IMG/VR virus record: IMGVR_UViG_3300032254_000023
Span: 1 to 34,626 of that record
Source: a virus
Lineage: Duplodnaviria; Caudoviricetes
Length of the DNA stretch: 34,626 nt
Reading direction: 5' to 3' (one strand)
The number at the start of each line of letters is the position of its first letter. Within the stretch, counting starts at the first letter, position 1. The position numbers and the translations under genes are program-made. This document shows positions 34,140-34,626 of the stretch, one piece after another. The notes under the pieces are model-generated. The model was not told the DNA's origin. It saw nothing but the letters and a program-made list of their open reading frames with translations, and did no database searches.

Positions 34140-34626
34140 ATGAAATACAGAGACAGAAATCACGGCCAGATTCGCGAGATGCTACGCGATATTGCCTACA
34201 TTGCCGCCATTATCGGCCTTGTGGTTATCATAATGCTGGTCTTCGGGCGACCATCACAGGCGCAAACGCAATTCCGGCTTGGCGCGACCTTGGGCAGCTA
34301 TCATCCCCGCTATGCCGGTGAGTATGAACAGTTCAACCCCGGCCTAAACGCCAGCGTGACGTTTCGTGCAGACAAGGCGTTTCAATATGGCTTTCAGGCT
34401 GGCGCATATTCAAACAGCTACGGTGAGCGCACCATCTACGGCCTCGGCTTTGCTGATACCCGTCTGTTCGACATAGGGCAGGTCGAGGTTCGCGGCGGCG
34501 GCTTTGCGGGCATGTTTGAGTATGCCAACCTTGCCCCGAAAGCTGCGGCGCGCGGCTGGCCGACGATGGGTGATTACGTGCTTGTAATCGGGCCGCATGT
34601 GAAAGCGCGGTTTAACAATGGGCTGG
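34140..34626 (+). CDS. PagP-like outer-membrane beta-barrel, 191 aa (continues through the junction to 216)
   Basis: AGGAG RBS; signal peptide ending PSQA; LGSYH...YEQFNPGLNASVT...AGAYSNSYGERTIYG matches the H...NxG...(D/N)S pattern of PagP-like barrels. Confidence 0.7.
   Translation, partial: MKYRDRNHGQIREMLRDIAYIAAIIGLVVIIMLVFGRPSQAQTQFRLGATLGSYHPRYAGEYEQFNPGLNASVTFRADKAFQYGFQAGAYSNSYGERTIYGLGFADTRLFDIGQVEVRGGGFAGMFEYANLAPKAAARGWPTMGDYVLVIGPHVKARFNNGL
34500..34626. repeat. Terminal direct repeat, right copy
   Basis: Identical to 1-127. Confidence 0.95.

Noticed and set aside
34500-34626. 127-bp terminal repeat as a biological direct terminal repeat
   Set aside because: The length equals a standard assembler k-mer and it falls mid-gene; a PBSX/P22-type terminase suggests headful packaging instead

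Overview
The window looks like a complete, circularly assembled tailed-phage genome of about 34,499 bp: bases 1-127 repeat exactly at 34500-34626, most likely an assembler overlap. The virion module is podovirus-like with P22-type gene order (terS, terL, portal, scaffold, N4-gp56/DUF4043-type capsid, adaptor, gp10-like hub, short needle, GNAT, three ejection proteins, fibres). It is followed by a GH19 endolysin/holin/spanin lysis cassette, all on the minus strand (3291-20698). The replication/recombination module has a prim-pol, a repeat-rich origin candidate, an AAA ATPase, an SSB-like protein, a YqaJ exonuclease, an SF2 helicase, a methyltransferase and VRR-NUC. I see no integrase, canonical repressor or family A/B polymerase. 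The host is probably alphaproteobacterial (Rhodobacteraceae-like), inferred from the OMP style and a GTA-like spike-fibre N-terminus. The most unusual parts are: (1) an early region spanning the contig junction that encodes two outer-membrane beta-barrels (a PagP-like barrel truncated in the ORF track, and an Omp25/OmpA-TM-like barrel with a ~75-aa stalk-and-knob insertion) plus several small membrane peptides; (2) a ~85-nt promoter-to-terminator sRNA candidate with anti-Shine-Dalgarno loops; (3) a 15-bp repeat gene with an invariant NSG and a variable di-residue; (4) a PAPS-reductase-like/peptide/HTH/HD operon; (5) a symmetric bidirectional promoter. All family calls come from motif recognition by eye, not database searches.
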